From: an uncultured Cytophagales bacterium
Lineage (GTDB): Bacteria > Bacteroidota > Bacteroidia > Cytophagales > Thermoflexibacteraceae
DNA: 64,000 nt
Assembly: GCA_938039675.1 (NCBI GenBank)
Contig: CALHUI010000008.1
Coordinates: forward strand, 6,796 to 70,795
Direction: 5' to 3'
The notes beneath the pieces are model-generated. The model did no database searches. It saw nothing but the letters and a program-made list of their open reading frames with translations, and was not told the DNA's origin. Positions within the stretch are counted from its first letter, which is position 1; each line of letters opens with the position of its first letter. Of the stretch, positions 19,308-30,435 are shown piece by piece. The position numbers were made by a program, and so were the translations under genes.

Positions 19308-20678
19308 TTGGTGGAACGGTTTCTTTTGTTTTTATGGAACTCCCCTACACTGACCACTTGGGGGAGTTTTGCGGCTCGAGCACTTTCCATGCTGGTATTG
19401 CCTTTGGCATTGCGCCGTTTGGATGTGGCAGAAACAGGTCTTTGGAATGTGCTACTGTTTATTGTCAGCCTGCAAACCGCCATTGATTTGGGCTTTACTC
19501 CTACTTTTTCACGCCTCATTGCCCTTGCCAAAGGACACAACGATGAGCAGCGCATCGTACGGCTGTACAACACCATGCGCCGCATCTATACATGGTTGAG
19601 TCTGGCGGCTTTTATTCTGCTGCTGTCGGCGGGTACTTACTACTTGCAGCCGTTCATTGCCGCACTGCGCGACCCGCAAGATGGTCGGACGGCCTGGGCA
19701 ATTGTTCTGCTCGTATCATTGGTTTATTTGCAGGGCAATCGCTATAAAGCTTTTCTGGAAGGTCTGAACTATGTTCCTGCATTGCGTCGCTGGGAAATTC
19801 TGACAGGACTTGGCACGGCACTTACCAATTTGGCCGTACTGCTGGCCGAAGGCGGCGTATTAGGGCTGATTGCCACCAACCAATTTTGGGTACTGGTCAG
19901 CGTATGGCGCAACCGCCAACTGGCGCATCACTTGGGCAGTGCCTACACCCGACAAAGATTACCTTTTGACCAAGCACTCTTTTCGGAGGTGTGGCAAATT
20001 GCATGGCGCTCGGGGTTAGGCGTGCTGTTTGCCTTTGGCACGGCGCAAATCTCCGTACTCGTTTTTGCCCGCATGATGCCTGTGGCGACAAGTGCCTCCT
20101 TCACAACAGGTATGCGCCTTTTGCAAATCATTACCGATTTTTCGCTGGCACCGTTTTACAGCAAACTGCCGCGTTTGGCTTCATTGTTTGCCGCTAAGGA
20201 CTTAGGCGTATTGATGGGCGTCGCAAGGCAGGGAATGCAACGTTCCTATTGGGCGTATGTGCTGCCTTGGATGGGGGCAGGCATAGCAGGCAGGCAGGCA
20301 TTGGAGTTTATCGGCAGCAACGTGCAGTTCCCCGAACCGCTGCTGTGGGCACTGCTCGGTATGGGCGGGCTGCTGCAAAGGCACGGAGCCATGCATCTGC
20401 ATTTGTTCACCATCAGCAATCAAATTGTCTGGCACATCGTAAGCACTATTACGGGGGGCATTTTTATAACTGCCGCCCTGATACTTGCTCCCTATGCAGG
20501 GATTTTGGCACAACCGCTGGCCACCATCATCAGTTGTTTGTTGTTTTACAACGCCTATTGTGCCGGCCTGAGCTATCGGTTTTGGCAACTGCAATTCTGG
20601 CCATTTGAGCGGGATGTGTTTTTGCCGCCGCTGCTCATAGCACTCATTTACACGGCTTATACCGTACTAATAACCTGA
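19308..20678 (+). CDS. Polytopic membrane protein, oligosaccharide flippase (Wzx/MOP)-like
   Basis: 456 aa with about 12 or more hydrophobic segments. The N-terminal pattern (ARALSMLVLPLALRRLDVAETGLWNVLL) resembles MOP flippases. The start is a TTG and is uncertain. Confidence 0.55.
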   Translation: MVERFLLFLWNSPTLTTWGSFAARALSMLVLPLALRRLDVAETGLWNVLLFIVSLQTAIDLGFTPTFSRLIALAKGHNDEQRIVRLYNTMRRIYTWLSLAAFILLLSAGTYYLQPFIAALRDPQDGRTAWAIVLLVSLVYLQGNRYKAFLEGLNYVPALRRWEILTGLGTALTNLAVLLAEGGVLGLIATNQFWVLVSVWRNRQLAHHLGSAYTRQRLPFDQALFSEVWQIAWRSGLGVLFAFGTAQISVLVFARMMPVATSASFTTGMRLLQIITDFSLAPFYSKLPRLASLFAAKDLGVLMGVARQGMQRSYWAYVLPWMGAGIAGRQALEFIGSNVQFPEPLLWALLGMGGLLQRHGAMHLHLFTISNQIVWHIVSTITGGIFITAALILAPYAGILAQPLATIISCLLFYNAYCAGLSYRFWQLQFWPFERDVFLPPLLIALIYTAYTVLIT

Positions 20679-20799
20679 TTTTTTTTCCTTTTTTACGACC
20701 TTATTCGCCTATCAATTGCTTTGAAAAGCATTTGCGATTAGCTTTGAGGAAATTCAATTCTTATTTGGAGCATCTTTCAAGCATAAACCCGCTTATCCT

Positions 20800-21477
20800 A
20801 TGAACTGGTTTACCAAGACATTTACCAGCACGATTGGTCGCAAAGTGATTGTAGCACTTACCGGCTTATTTTTATGTTTGTTTTTGGTGGTTCACCTGTT
20901 GGGCAACCTGCAACTGCTCGCCAACGACGGGGGCAAATCATTTAACACCTATGCCAAATTCATGGCAGAAAGCCCGCTAATCCGCGTGGTTTCCATCGGC
21001 AATTTTGCTTTCATTTTGTTGCACATCATTCAGTCTGTCATCCTGACGATGCAGAACCGCCAAGCCCGTCCTGTGCAATACGCTATCGTAGCCAGCAATG
21101 CGTCATGGGCTTCGCGCAACATGGGCTTTCTGGGCAGTTTCATATTGTTGTTTATTGTCGGACACCTCAGCCAATTCTGGTGGCAGGCTAAGTTCGGTGC
21201 GATGCCAACAATTGCCATAGATGGTGTACAAATGAAAGACCTCTACCTTGTAGTACACAAAGCCTTCCAAAATCCATTCATTGTAGTATTCTACGTATTG
21301 GCTATGGGTTTTATTGGTTTCCATTTATCGCATGGTTTCCAAAGTGCCTTCCAGACACTGGGGTTGAACCACGTAAAATACACCCCGCTCATCCAAAAAT
21401 TAGGATTGGCTTTTTGCATCCTCATTCCGCTGGGCTATGCCGTTATTCCGGTCATGATGTATCTGCGAAGCATGTAA
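20800..21477 (+). CDS. sdhC: Succinate dehydrogenase/fumarate reductase cytochrome b subunit (Bacteroidetes type)
   Basis: 225 aa with 5 TM segments carrying conserved His residues. It lies directly upstream of the flavoprotein and Fe-S subunits. Confidence 0.85.
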   Translation: MNWFTKTFTSTIGRKVIVALTGLFLCLFLVVHLLGNLQLLANDGGKSFNTYAKFMAESPLIRVVSIGNFAFILLHIIQSVILTMQNRQARPVQYAIVASNASWASRNMGFLGSFILLFIVGHLSQFWWQAKFGAMPTIAIDGVQMKDLYLVVHKAFQNPFIVVFYVLAMGFIGFHLSHGFQSAFQTLGLNHVKYTPLIQKLGLAFCILIPLGYAVIPVMMYLRSM

Positions 21478-21584
21478 TCCTAAGGTTGTCATACCCCTTA
21501 GGATTTTTATTGCGGCTTTTTTGCCTGCTTTCAAACAAATTTGATTCACAAATTATTCAGAAAATATAAATCCACAGCCAAATT

Positions 21585-23501
21585 ATGAAATTAGATGCCA
21601 AAATACCGGAAGGCCCATTAGCCGAAAAGTGGAACAAACATAAGTTCAATCTCAAGTTGGTAAACCCTGCCAATAAGCGTAAATACGAAGTTATCGTAGT
21701 TGGTACAGGTTTGGCAGGCGCATCTGCGGCTGCTTCACTGGCAGAATTGGGCTACAACGTAAAAGCCTTCTGTTTTCAGGATAGCCCTCGCCGTGCGCAC
21801 AGCATTGCCGCACAGGGCGGTATCAATGCGGCCAAGAACTATCAGAATGATGGCGACAGTGTGTATCGCCTCTTCTACGACACCATCAAAGGCGGCGACT
21901 ATCGCGCGCGCGAAGCCAACGTTTACCGCTTGGCAGAAGTGAGCGTAAACATTATTGACCAATGCGTGGCGCAAGGTGTACCTTTTGCCCGCGAATACGG
22001 CGGTCTGCTTGCCAACCGTTCTTTCGGCGGCGCACAGGTATCGCGTACATTCTATGCCCGCGGACAAACCGGACAGCAGTTGTTGCTCGGCGCCTACAGT
22101 GCCATGAGCCGTCAGATAGCAGCAGGTAAAGTGAAAATGTATCCGCGTACCGAAATGCTGGATTTGGTAGTGCACGACGGCAAAGCCCGCGGTATCATCA
22201 CCCGCAACCTGATTACCGGTAAAATTGAGCGCCACTCGGCACATGCCGTATTACTCTGCACAGGCGGTTACGGCAACGTGTTCTTCCTTTCTACCAACGC
22301 GATGGGAAGCAATGCAACCGCTGCATGGCGTGCACACAAGAAAGGCGCATTGTTCGGCAACCCTTGCTTTACACAAATCCACCCAACCTGTATCCCTGTT
22401 ACGGGCGACCACCAGTCTAAGCTGACGCTAATGTCTGAGTCGCTGCGCAACGACGGTCGGGTATGGGTGCCTAAGCAGGCAGGCGACACACGGCCGCCTT
22501 ATGAAATACCGGAAGATGAGCGCGATTATTTCTTGGAGCGCAAATATCCGTCTTTTGGCAACCTTGTGCCTCGCGACGTAGCCAGCCGGAATGCAAAATA
22601 TGTTTGTGATGAAGGTCGCGGTGTAGGTGCTTCTAAACTTGCTGTTTATCTGGATTTTGCTGATGCCATCAAGCGCGAAGGGGAAGCAACCATTCGCGCC
22701 AAATACGGTAACTTGTTCGATATGTACGAAAAAATCACGGGTGAAAACCCGTACAAAACCCCGATGCGCATCTACCCAGCCGTACACTACACTATGGGCG
22801 GCTTGTGGGTAGATTACAACCTGATGACAACCATTCCGGGCTTATACGCACTGGGCGAAGCCAATTTCTCCGACCACGGTGCTAACCGCCTTGGTGCTTC
22901 CGCCTTGATGCAAGGCTTAGCAGACGGCTACTTCATCATTCCTTACACACTGGGCGACTATCTGGCAAACATCGGTTGGAACGATAAAATCAGCACCGAC
23001 CACCCCGCCTTCACCGAAGCCGAACAGGCCGTTAAGCATCAAATCAGTACCCTGTTGAGCATCAACGGCAAGAAAACCGTTGACCAGTTCCACAAAGAAT
23101 TGGGCAAAATTATGTGGGATTACTGCGGCATGTCGCGCAATGCCGAAGGTCTGAAAGGTGCAAAGCAAAAAATCCGCGAACTTCGCGAAGAATATTGGCA
23201 AAACGTGCGCGTAGGCGGCAGCAACGAAGAGCTGAACATCACTTTGGAAAAAGCCACCCGCGTAGCCGACTTCCTCGAGCTGAGCGAACTGATGGTAGAT
23301 GATGCGCTGCATCGCGAAGAAAGTTGTGGCGGCCACTTCCGCGAAGAATACCAAACACCCGACGGCGAAGCACTTCGCAACGACGAAAAATTTGCCTACG
23401 TGGCTGCATGGGAATACAAAGGACCTAACGAGCAGGCAGTTGTACATAAAGAAGACCTCATCTTTGAAAATGTAAAACTGACCCAACGCAGCTATAAATA
23501 A
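21585..23501 (+). CDS. sdhA: Succinate dehydrogenase/fumarate reductase flavoprotein subunit
   Basis: 638 aa with [12 protein letters not shown] (FAD), [12 protein letters not shown] (covalent FAD His), HYTMGG and [11 protein letters not shown] motifs. Confidence 0.95.
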   Translation: MKLDAKIPEGPLAEKWNKHKFNLKLVNPANKRKYEVIVVGTGLAGASAAASLAELGYNVKAFCFQDSPRRAHSIAAQGGINAAKNYQNDGDSVYRLFYDTIKGGDYRAREANVYRLAEVSVNIIDQCVAQGVPFAREYGGLLANRSFGGAQVSRTFYARGQTGQQLLLGAYSAMSRQIAAGKVKMYPRTEMLDLVVHDGKARGIITRNLITGKIERHSAHAVLLCTGGYGNVFFLSTNAMGSNATAAWRAHKKGALFGNPCFTQIHPTCIPVTGDHQSKLTLMSESLRNDGRVWVPKQAGDTRPPYEIPEDERDYFLERKYPSFGNLVPRDVASRNAKYVCDEGRGVGASKLAVYLDFADAIKREGEATIRAKYGNLFDMYEKITGENPYKTPMRIYPAVHYTMGGLWVDYNLMTTIPGLYALGEANFSDHGANRLGASALMQGLADGYFIIPYTLGDYLANIGWNDKISTDHPAFTEAEQAVKHQISTLLSINGKKTVDQFHKELGKIMWDYCGMSRNAEGLKGAKQKIRELREEYWQNVRVGGSNEELNITLEKATRVADFLELSELMVDDALHREESCGGHFREEYQTPDGEALRNDEKFAYVAAWEYKGPNEQAVVHKEDLIFENVKLTQRSYK

Positions 23502-23538
23502 GAAAATCCTTGTGTAACGATTAAAAGATGCTCAAAAT

Positions 23539-24288
23539 ATGAACCTGACACTTAAAGTTTGGCGGCAAAAAAATGCCAACAGCAAGGGCGAACTGAAAAC
23601 TTACCACGTCAAAGATATATCGCCCGATATGTCTTTTCTGGAAATGTTTGACGTATTGAATGAGGAGTTGCTGCTCAAAGGCGAAGACCCGATTGCTTTT
23701 GACCACGACTGCCGCGAGGGCATTTGCGGTATGTGCAGCATGTATATCAACGGCCATCCGCACGGCCCGGAGCAAACTACTACCTGCCAATTGCACATGC
23801 GCTCGTTCAAAGACGGCGATACAATCGTTGTTGAGCCGTGGCGTGCCAAGGCTTTCCCCGTAGTGAAAGACTTGGTGGTTGACAGAAGTGCCTTCGACCG
23901 TATTATTCAGGCAGGAGGCTACATCTCCGTAAACACAGGCAACGCACCCGATGCCAACGAAATTCCGATTTCTAAGGAAGTTGCCGATGCAGCATTTAAT
24001 GCGGCTACTTGTATCGGTTGCGGGGCATGCGTGGCAGCCTGCAAAAATGCCTCTGCCATGCTGTTCGTGTCTGCCAAAGTAGCACAACTTTCCATGCTGC
24101 CGCAAGGGCAGATAGAGCGCAAAAGACGCGTGGAACAAATGGTTGCCAAAATGGACGAGGAAGGTTTCGGTGCATGTACCAACACGGGAGCCTGTGCGGC
24201 GGAATGCCCCAAAGAGATTTCTCTGGCCAATATTGCCATACTCAACCGCGAGTATCTGATTGCAAAAGCTACTTCCGAATACGTGTAA
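23539..24288 (+). CDS. sdhB: Succinate dehydrogenase/fumarate reductase iron-sulfur subunit
   Basis: 249 aa with CREGICGMC (2Fe-2S), [11 protein letters not shown] and [12 protein letters not shown] cluster motifs. Confidence 0.95.
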   Translation: MNLTLKVWRQKNANSKGELKTYHVKDISPDMSFLEMFDVLNEELLLKGEDPIAFDHDCREGICGMCSMYINGHPHGPEQTTTCQLHMRSFKDGDTIVVEPWRAKAFPVVKDLVVDRSAFDRIIQAGGYISVNTGNAPDANEIPISKEVADAAFNAATCIGCGACVAACKNASAMLFVSAKVAQLSMLPQGQIERKRRVEQMVAKMDEEGFGACTNTGACAAECPKEISLANIAILNREYLIAKATSEYV

Positions 24289-24324
24289 CCAACAAAAACT
24301 TTTCAGTTTACGTTAATGTTAAGA

Positions 24325-24353
24325 GTGCAAGGGCATAATCCTTGCACTTTTTT
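24325..24353 (+). terminator. Rho-independent terminator after sdhB
   Basis: 8-bp stem gtgcaagg/ccttgcac with a 7-nt loop, followed by a T6 run, 37 nt after the sdhB stop. Confidence 0.8.
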
Positions 24354-24388
24354 ACGTTAATTGCACTAACTTTAATTCTATAAGGGCT

Positions 24389-26533
24389 ATGAGAAAAACA
24401 ATGCCCATCAGTATTATGAAAAAGTCGCTAAAAGTAACTGCTCTTTGTGCGGGCTTGTTACTGCTCATGTCTTACAGCCCCACCCGTATTAATGCAGGGG
24501 ACGACTTAGACCGTGAACAGGTATTATTGCGCTTAGTGATGCAAAGCCTTCAAGCTCGCCACTATGCAGCCGTGAAAATCGATGATGATTTTTCCAAGAA
24601 AATGTACAAGATTTTCATTGACCAGCTGGATTTTAATAAACGATTTTTTACACAAACCGACTTGCAAACACTGGCAGCTTATGAGTTACAATTAGATGAT
24701 GAAATCAACAATGGTCGCTATCAGTTCTACGAACTTGCTCATCAGTTGCTCAACAAACGCATTGCACAAGCCGAGCAATTCTGCGATGAAATTTTGGCAC
24801 AGCCTTTTGATTTCACCCTGAACGAAACCTATCAAACCGACCCCGAAAAAACCAAACCTGCTAAAGACGAGGCAGACCTGAAATTGCAATGGCAAAAATA
24901 CCTGAAATACTACACCATGACGCGCCTGAGCAACACACTCGACATACAGGAACAAGCCAAGAAAAATCCGAACGACACCTCAGCCATTCGCAACAAAAGC
25001 CTTGCAGAGTTGGAACGCGATGCCCGCGACAACACCAGTAAAGATTTTAAAGAATATTTCAAGCGTTTGAAAGAAACCGAAAAGCCCGAGCAGCTTTCTA
25101 CCTATATCAACGCTATTACCGCTACCTTTGACCCGCACACCAACTACTACGCTCCGAAAGCCAAAGAACGATTTGACGAAGACTTTTCAGGTCGCTTTGA
25201 GGGCATCGGTGCACAATTGCAGCAAGAACGCGGCGGATTGATTAAAGTCGTTGAAATTATTCCGGGCAGTGCCTCATGGCGACAAGGCGAACTGCGCGCC
25301 GGAGATTACATATTGGCAGTAGCACAAGCCGATGGAGAGCCGGTGGATGTTACTACGATGCGTTTAGATAATGCCGTGCGCCTCATCAAAGGCAAAAAAG
25401 GCACGGAAGTGCGCCTGACTGTGCGCAAACCTGACGGAACTGTAAAAGTTATTCCCATCATCCGCGATGTGGTAATTCGCGAAGAGGCTTATGTAAAATC
25501 TTCCATCATCCGCGATAAGAACAACCGAAAAATGGGGTATATCTACCTGCCCGGCTTCTATGCTGATTTTAGCAACAGTGGCGGACGCAACTGCGGAGAA
25601 GATATGCGCAAAGAGTTGGAAAAACTCAAAGCGGAAGGCGTAGAAGGCATTGTATTAGACCTGCGCAACAACGGCGGCGGCTCACTGCAAGACGTGATTG
25701 AAATGACCGGCCTGTTTATTGAAAAAGGCCCTGTGGTGCAGGTAAAAGCCAAATCAGGAGCACCCATTGTGTTGGAAGATACAGACCCTTCGGTTGTTTA
25801 TAGAGGACCTCTGGTTGTAATGGTCAATTCTTTCAGCGCATCGGCTTCCGAAATCCTGTCAGGGGCTATTCAGGACTACAAGCGCGGCATTGTTATCGGC
25901 AGCAACTCCACTTTTGGCAAAGGCACCGTGCAGACCATTATGGACTTAGACCGCATGTTGCCTGCGCAATATAACAGCATTAAGCCCTTGGGCTCGCTGA
26001 TGCTTACTATCCAGAAGTTTTATCGCATTAATGGTACAACCAACCAGTTGAAAGGTGTCATACCCGACATTGTACTGCCCGATAATTACAGCTACTTGAA
26101 AATAGGAGAGAAACAGGAATTATATCCGCTGCCTCCCGATGAGATTGCACCGCTGAAATATAAGGCGCTTATTGAAAATGAATCCAAGTTTGCCAAAGCC
26201 AAAAACAACAGCAAAGAACGCGTTACCAAAAACCCGCAATTCTTGCTGATTGAGCAAACAGCCAACCGACTCAAACGCCTGCGCGATGAAACAGAGGTAT
26301 CTTTAAATTTGGAAAAATTCCGTGCACAACAGGCCAAAGACCGCGAGGAAGCCCGCAAAGCAGATGCTAACTTGCGCTTCAATTCCGACTTGGAATTTAT
26401 CAATGCTAAAGCAGACCTACCCGAAATTAATCTGGACTCTACCCGCATTCGCAAGAACAAGGAGTGGATTAGTACGTTAAAAAAAGATGTGTACCTGAAT
26501 GAGGCTTTGCAAGTGCTGCGCGATATTATGTAG
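24389..26533 (+). CDS. Carboxy-terminal processing (tail-specific) protease, S41 family
   Basis: 714 aa with a signal peptide, a PDZ region (GIGAQL...GSASWRQGELRAGDYILAV) and S41 catalytic motifs (LRNNGGG, SASASEI, TFGKGT). Confidence 0.9.
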   Translation: MRKTMPISIMKKSLKVTALCAGLLLLMSYSPTRINAGDDLDREQVLLRLVMQSLQARHYAAVKIDDDFSKKMYKIFIDQLDFNKRFFTQTDLQTLAAYELQLDDEINNGRYQFYELAHQLLNKRIAQAEQFCDEILAQPFDFTLNETYQTDPEKTKPAKDEADLKLQWQKYLKYYTMTRLSNTLDIQEQAKKNPNDTSAIRNKSLAELERDARDNTSKDFKEYFKRLKETEKPEQLSTYINAITATFDPHTNYYAPKAKERFDEDFSGRFEGIGAQLQQERGGLIKVVEIIPGSASWRQGELRAGDYILAVAQADGEPVDVTTMRLDNAVRLIKGKKGTEVRLTVRKPDGTVKVIPIIRDVVIREEAYVKSSIIRDKNNRKMGYIYLPGFYADFSNSGGRNCGEDMRKELEKLKAEGVEGIVLDLRNNGGGSLQDVIEMTGLFIEKGPVVQVKAKSGAPIVLEDTDPSVVYRGPLVVMVNSFSASASEILSGAIQDYKRGIVIGSNSTFGKGTVQTIMDLDRMLPAQYNSIKPLGSLMLTIQKFYRINGTTNQLKGVIPDIVLPDNYSYLKIGEKQELYPLPPDEIAPLKYKALIENESKFAKAKNNSKERVTKNPQFLLIEQTANRLKRLRDETEVSLNLEKFRAQQAKDREEARKADANLRFNSDLEFINAKADLPEINLDSTRIRKNKEWISTLKKDVYLNEALQVLRDIM

Positions 26534-26574
26534 CACATCGCAGATACAGCAAGCCTTAGAAATTTTTGCCTTGC

Positions 26575-26613
26575 AGAGCTCGCATTTTTTTCAAAGAAAT
26601 GTGAGCTCTTTTG
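26575..26613 (+). terminator. Hairpin terminator between convergent ctp-like and NlpC/P60 genes
   Basis: 10-bp stem agagctcgca/tgtgagctct (one G-U pair) followed by TTTT. Confidence 0.55.
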
Positions 26614-26617
26614 TTGC

Positions 26618-27097
26618 TTACGGCAAAACCCGTATTACTTTCAGAAAACGCTTACGATAGTGGCGGTCGGTTAAATAATTACGGGTTACGCAATAAGCCT
26701 TAGGTGCAGACGAGGCATGAATAAAACACGGATTTTGGCCGTCGGAAGCAATAACAATACCTACATGCCTGGGGCTGCGAATGGCAGAATTTGTACCCGT
26801 AAATACCAAAATATCGCCCGGGCGTGCTTCTGAAAGCGGTATTTCCTTTCCCAAACGGGCGTAGAGCGAAGAAGAAGCTGGCATGGAAACCCCAAAATGA
26901 CTAAAGACATATTGCACAAAACCCGAACAATCAAATGCTTGGGGCGTTTTGCCTGCATACCGATAAGGTACGCCCAGAAAATTTTCTGCAAAATCCACCA
27001 ATCGCACTGCCGTACTGCTGTCGGCTGATGCAATATGTTGCGCCTGTAAAGGCACAGAAAACCATACAAAAGCAATAAAAAATAGCACTATTTTCAT
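26618..27097 (-). CDS. NlpC/P60 (C40) family cell-wall peptidase
   Basis: It has a signal peptide MKIVLFFIAFVWFSVPLQAQ, a catalytic Cys motif FDCSGFVQYVF and a His motif HVGIVI. I chose the ATG at 27097 because the longer ORF would overlap the upstream permease gene. Confidence 0.8.
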   Translation of the reverse strand: MKIVLFFIAFVWFSVPLQAQHIASADSSTAVRLVDFAENFLGVPYRYAGKTPQAFDCSGFVQYVFSHFGVSMPASSSLYARLGKEIPLSEARPGDILVFTGTNSAIRSPRHVGIVIASDGQNPCFIHASSAPKAYCVTRNYLTDRHYRKRFLKVIRVLP

Positions 27098-27128
27098 AGT
27101 GATATTCAGCGCAAAAATCAGAGAAAAC

Positions 27129-28439
27129 CTATGCCTTGTAAAAAAGCCACTTGCCAATTTCCTTATAAGTGGGCTTTTTCCCGTACATAAGGATGCCGAC
27201 ACGGTAAATGCGGCCTGCCAGCCAAACCATGCCTATGAAAGAGGCAATTAAAATACCCATAGACAGGAATAATTCCCAATTGGCTCCCGTAAACGGCACA
27301 CGTGCCATCATTACTACGGGAGCAGTCAGCGGCACAACTGACAGCCAAAAAGCCAGTTGCCCGTTAGGATTGGTGATAACTGCCGAAAGTGAAATAATAG
27401 CAAAAATCAGCGGAATGGTAATAGGCAGCATAAACTGCTGGCTGTCAGTTTCATTATCCACCGCTGCACCGATAGCGGCAAACATGGCACCATACATCAG
27501 ATAGCCCGCAAAAAAGAAGAACAAAAAAGCCGCTATCGTAACAGGCATATTGATGGAAGCAATGGCATCTATCGCATTGCTTATCTCCACCGCATTCGCC
27601 ATTTCAGGGTTTTGCTGCAATTGCTCCATTTGGCCTTTTGCACGGGCTTCTGCCACTTTATCCAAACCAAAAACCACTGAAATGCCGGTTGTAATACCCA
27701 AACTCAGCACTACCCATATCAAGAACTGTGTGAGCGCAACTGCTCCGATGCCTATAATTTTGCCCATCATTAGGTCAAAGGGGCGAACCGAGCAAATCAG
27801 CACCTCAATAATGCGGTTGGTTTTTTCCTCCATTACTCCCCGCATAATTTGAGAGCCGTAAAGGAAAATGAAGATGTAAATAAAAAATGCGCCCACATAG
27901 CCAATCACCATGGCTGCGCCTGAACTGCCGGCTTTTTCACCTTCTTCGCCGATTTTAATAGTGATAATATCAACCTTGGCGCGAATACCGTCTAATTGCT
28001 CCTTTTTAATGCCGGAACGCATCATGCGGAGTTTTTCTATCTCCTGCCGAATGGTGCGTTCCAGATTAGCCTTAGTCATGGGTGCTAAACTCTCTTCCGA
28101 AAAATAGGTAAAGCCCTGCGGATTGCTGATATCAATATCGGGAATCAGCAGAACGCCGTCGTATTTCTTCTCTTTCAGGGCAGTTTTTGCCTGCTCTATA
28201 TTGATAGGCACTACACTGAAAATCAGTGATTGATTACTTTCAAACTTATCTTGAAACAAGCCACTCTCATCAACAATTGCAATGTGCTTTTCTTCGTCCG
28301 ATGTGAAAATGGTAATCAGCGCAGGTAAAAATATGATAGCCCCAAACAGAATCGGGCCGAGAATAGACATTATCAGAAAACTTTTTTTGCGCACGCGAAT
28401 CAGGTATTCCCGTTGCACAATCAACCATATCTTGTTCAT
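27129..28439 (-). CDS. ABC-2 type transporter permease (NatB-like)
   Basis: 436 aa with an N-terminal TM, a large extracytoplasmic loop and then 5 TM segments. It lies directly downstream of the ATPase gene. Confidence 0.8.
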   Translation of the reverse strand: MNKIWLIVQREYLIRVRKKSFLIMSILGPILFGAIIFLPALITIFTSDEEKHIAIVDESGLFQDKFESNQSLIFSVVPINIEQAKTALKEKKYDGVLLIPDIDISNPQGFTYFSEESLAPMTKANLERTIRQEIEKLRMMRSGIKKEQLDGIRAKVDIITIKIGEEGEKAGSSGAAMVIGYVGAFFIYIFIFLYGSQIMRGVMEEKTNRIIEVLICSVRPFDLMMGKIIGIGAVALTQFLIWVVLSLGITTGISVVFGLDKVAEARAKGQMEQLQQNPEMANAVEISNAIDAIASINMPVTIAAFLFFFFAGYLMYGAMFAAIGAAVDNETDSQQFMLPITIPLIFAIISLSAVITNPNGQLAFWLSVVPLTAPVVMMARVPFTGANWELFLSMGILIASFIGMVWLAGRIYRVGILMYGKKPTYKEIGKWLFYKA

Positions 28440-28457
28440 AAAGTCAGATTCAGGGTT

Positions 28458-29366
28458 TTAGTTGCCGTGAGCCGCTACTACGCGGATAAAAATTTCGTGC
28501 ATGTCGGGTATTTGTTCTCTGAAAGAAACCACGTTTGACTGAGCCATACATGCCTGTAAAAGCCCGTTGTTAGTTCCCTGACGAATCTTCACCAAATGCC
28601 GATAGATACCCTCTTCGGTCGATTCCGATTGCAATACTTCATAGCCGTTCTCTGTCAGGGCAATGGGCGCATCGGTTTCTACAATAAATGTATGGGTTTT
28701 GTAGGCATTTTTTATATCTTTTTTTTTGCCTTCCAATACCTTTCGGGAGCGGTTAATTAAGCCGACATAATCGCAAAGTTCCTCTACGGTATCCATGCGG
28801 TGGGTTGAGAAAATGATAGTGCTGCCCTGCCTGCGCAATTCCAGAATTTCATCGCGGATGAGGTTAGAGTTTACGGGGTCAAAACCCGAGAAAGGTTCAT
28901 CCAAAATAATCAGTGGCGGCTGATGCACAACGGTAGCGATAAATTGCACCTTCTGTTGCATACCCTTGGAAAGGTCTTCCACATTTTTGGTAGCCCAATC
29001 CATCAGATTGAGTCGCTCTAACCATGCACGGATGCGCCGACGGGCTTCGCTCTCGCTCATGCCGCGAAGGCGTGCCAAATACATCAGTTGCTCCCCTACT
29101 TTGGATTTGCGGTATAGCCCGCGCTCTTCGGGCAAATAACCTATTTTCTGATAATGGACAGGTGCCAAAGGCTCATTCATAAACCTGACAGTGCCTTCAT
29201 CGGGTGCCGTAATTTGCGTAATAATCCGAATCAATGAGGTTTTCCCTGCACCATTTGGCCCCAGAAGCCCATAAATCTGCCCTTCCGGAACAGCAATGCT
29301 CACATCTTGTAAGGCTGTGTGCCCCGCATAGCGTTTGACTAATCGGTTCGTTTCTAAAATATTCAC
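28458..29366 (-). CDS. ABC transporter ATP-binding protein (NatA-like)
   Basis: 302 aa with Walker A GPNGAGKTS, signature LSKGMQQK and Walker B LIILDEPFSGFD. Confidence 0.9.
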   Translation of the reverse strand: MNILETNRLVKRYAGHTALQDVSIAVPEGQIYGLLGPNGAGKTSLIRIITQITAPDEGTVRFMNEPLAPVHYQKIGYLPEERGLYRKSKVGEQLMYLARLRGMSESEARRRIRAWLERLNLMDWATKNVEDLSKGMQQKVQFIATVVHQPPLIILDEPFSGFDPVNSNLIRDEILELRRQGSTIIFSTHRMDTVEELCDYVGLINRSRKVLEGKKKDIKNAYKTHTFIVETDAPIALTENGYEVLQSESTEEGIYRHLVKIRQGTNNGLLQACMAQSNVVSFREQIPDMHEIFIRVVAAHGN

Positions 29367-29418
29367 TGGATTTTTGTAGATTGAATGCGATTAACTCAGT
29401 TAGTATTACGTTACAACT

Positions 29419-30435
29419 ATGCAAAAATATGCTTTTCTTTATGCTATTACGCAACTGTTGCTTGCAGGGATATTGGCAGCTTGTGCCACACCTTCGGACA
29501 ACAGTAAACAATCTGATGAGGCTTTGGCAATGAATACAGAAACAAGCTATCCTGTTGTAGATGCCGCCGTTGTACTGCCGGCAGGGGCATTGTTGGGTGA
29601 AGGGGCTTACTGGCACGAGCAACAACAAAAACTGTGGTGGATTGATATTGAAAAAGGGAAACTGCACATTTTTACCCCCTCCGACAGCAGCCTGCAAACC
29701 TACGACATGGGGCGCAGAATAGGCACGGTCGTTCCCGACAAAGCAGGGAATGCAGTAGTTGCGCTGCAAGACGGCATTTTTCGCTATAATATTGAAAAGC
29801 AAACATTCAGCCAGCTGGCTGCTCCCGAAAAAGACAAACCTGACAATCGGTTTAACGATGGCAAATGCGACCCGCACGGTAGGCTTTGGGCAGGTACGAT
29901 GGCAATTAACGCATCGGGCAAGCGTGGTGCGCTGTATTGCCTGGAAGCCGATGGCAAAATCACTAAAAAAATTGACAGTGTAGGTATTTCCAACGGGATT
30001 GTTTGGACAGCCGATGCCTCACAGATGTACTACATTGATACACCCACCGGCGAGGTGCGCGCCTATAACTATGATGCTGCAACGGCAGATATTCAATTTA
30101 ACAGCATCGCCGTTAGCATCCCCCAAAGCATGGGGCACCCCGACGGCATGGCGATTGATTCGGAAGACATGATATGGGTCGCTTTATGGGAGGGTAGCGG
30201 GGTTATGCGCTACAACCCTGCAACAGGCCAACCGCTAATGAAAGTGCACACACCCGGCGCATGGCGCGTTACGTCTTGTGCTTTTGGCGGCGAGCAATTA
30301 GACGAATTGTATATTACTACCGCTTCTATTGGTTTAACCGAAGAACAAAAAAAACAATACCCAAACAGTGGGCATTTGTTCAAAATCAAATTAGCAACGG
30401 TCAAAGGCATGCCTATGCCTGTATTTGCTTATTAG
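29419..30435 (+). CDS. SMP-30/gluconolactonase/LRE family protein (lipoprotein signal)
   Basis: 338 aa with a lipobox-like LAAC. The EGAYWHEQQQKLWWIDI, NDGKCDPHGRLWAGT, SNGIVW and PDGMAID motifs belong to the six-bladed propeller lactonase family. Confidence 0.85.
   Translation: MQKYAFLYAITQLLLAGILAACATPSDNSKQSDEALAMNTETSYPVVDAAVVLPAGALLGEGAYWHEQQQKLWWIDIEKGKLHIFTPSDSSLQTYDMGRRIGTVVPDKAGNAVVALQDGIFRYNIEKQTFSQLAAPEKDKPDNRFNDGKCDPHGRLWAGTMAINASGKRGALYCLEADGKITKKIDSVGISNGIVWTADASQMYYIDTPTGEVRAYNYDAATADIQFNSIAVSIPQSMGHPDGMAIDSEDMIWVALWEGSGVMRYNPATGQPLMKVHTPGAWRVTSCAFGGEQLDELYITTASIGLTEEQKKQYPNSGHLFKIKLATVKGMPMPVFAY

Noticed and set aside
29197-29877. A 226-aa minus-strand ORF spans the divergent promoter region between the ABC ATPase and the lactonase gene.
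   Set aside because: It overlaps the 5-prime ends of two well-supported genes on both strands and has no recognisable motifs, so it is a spurious ORF.
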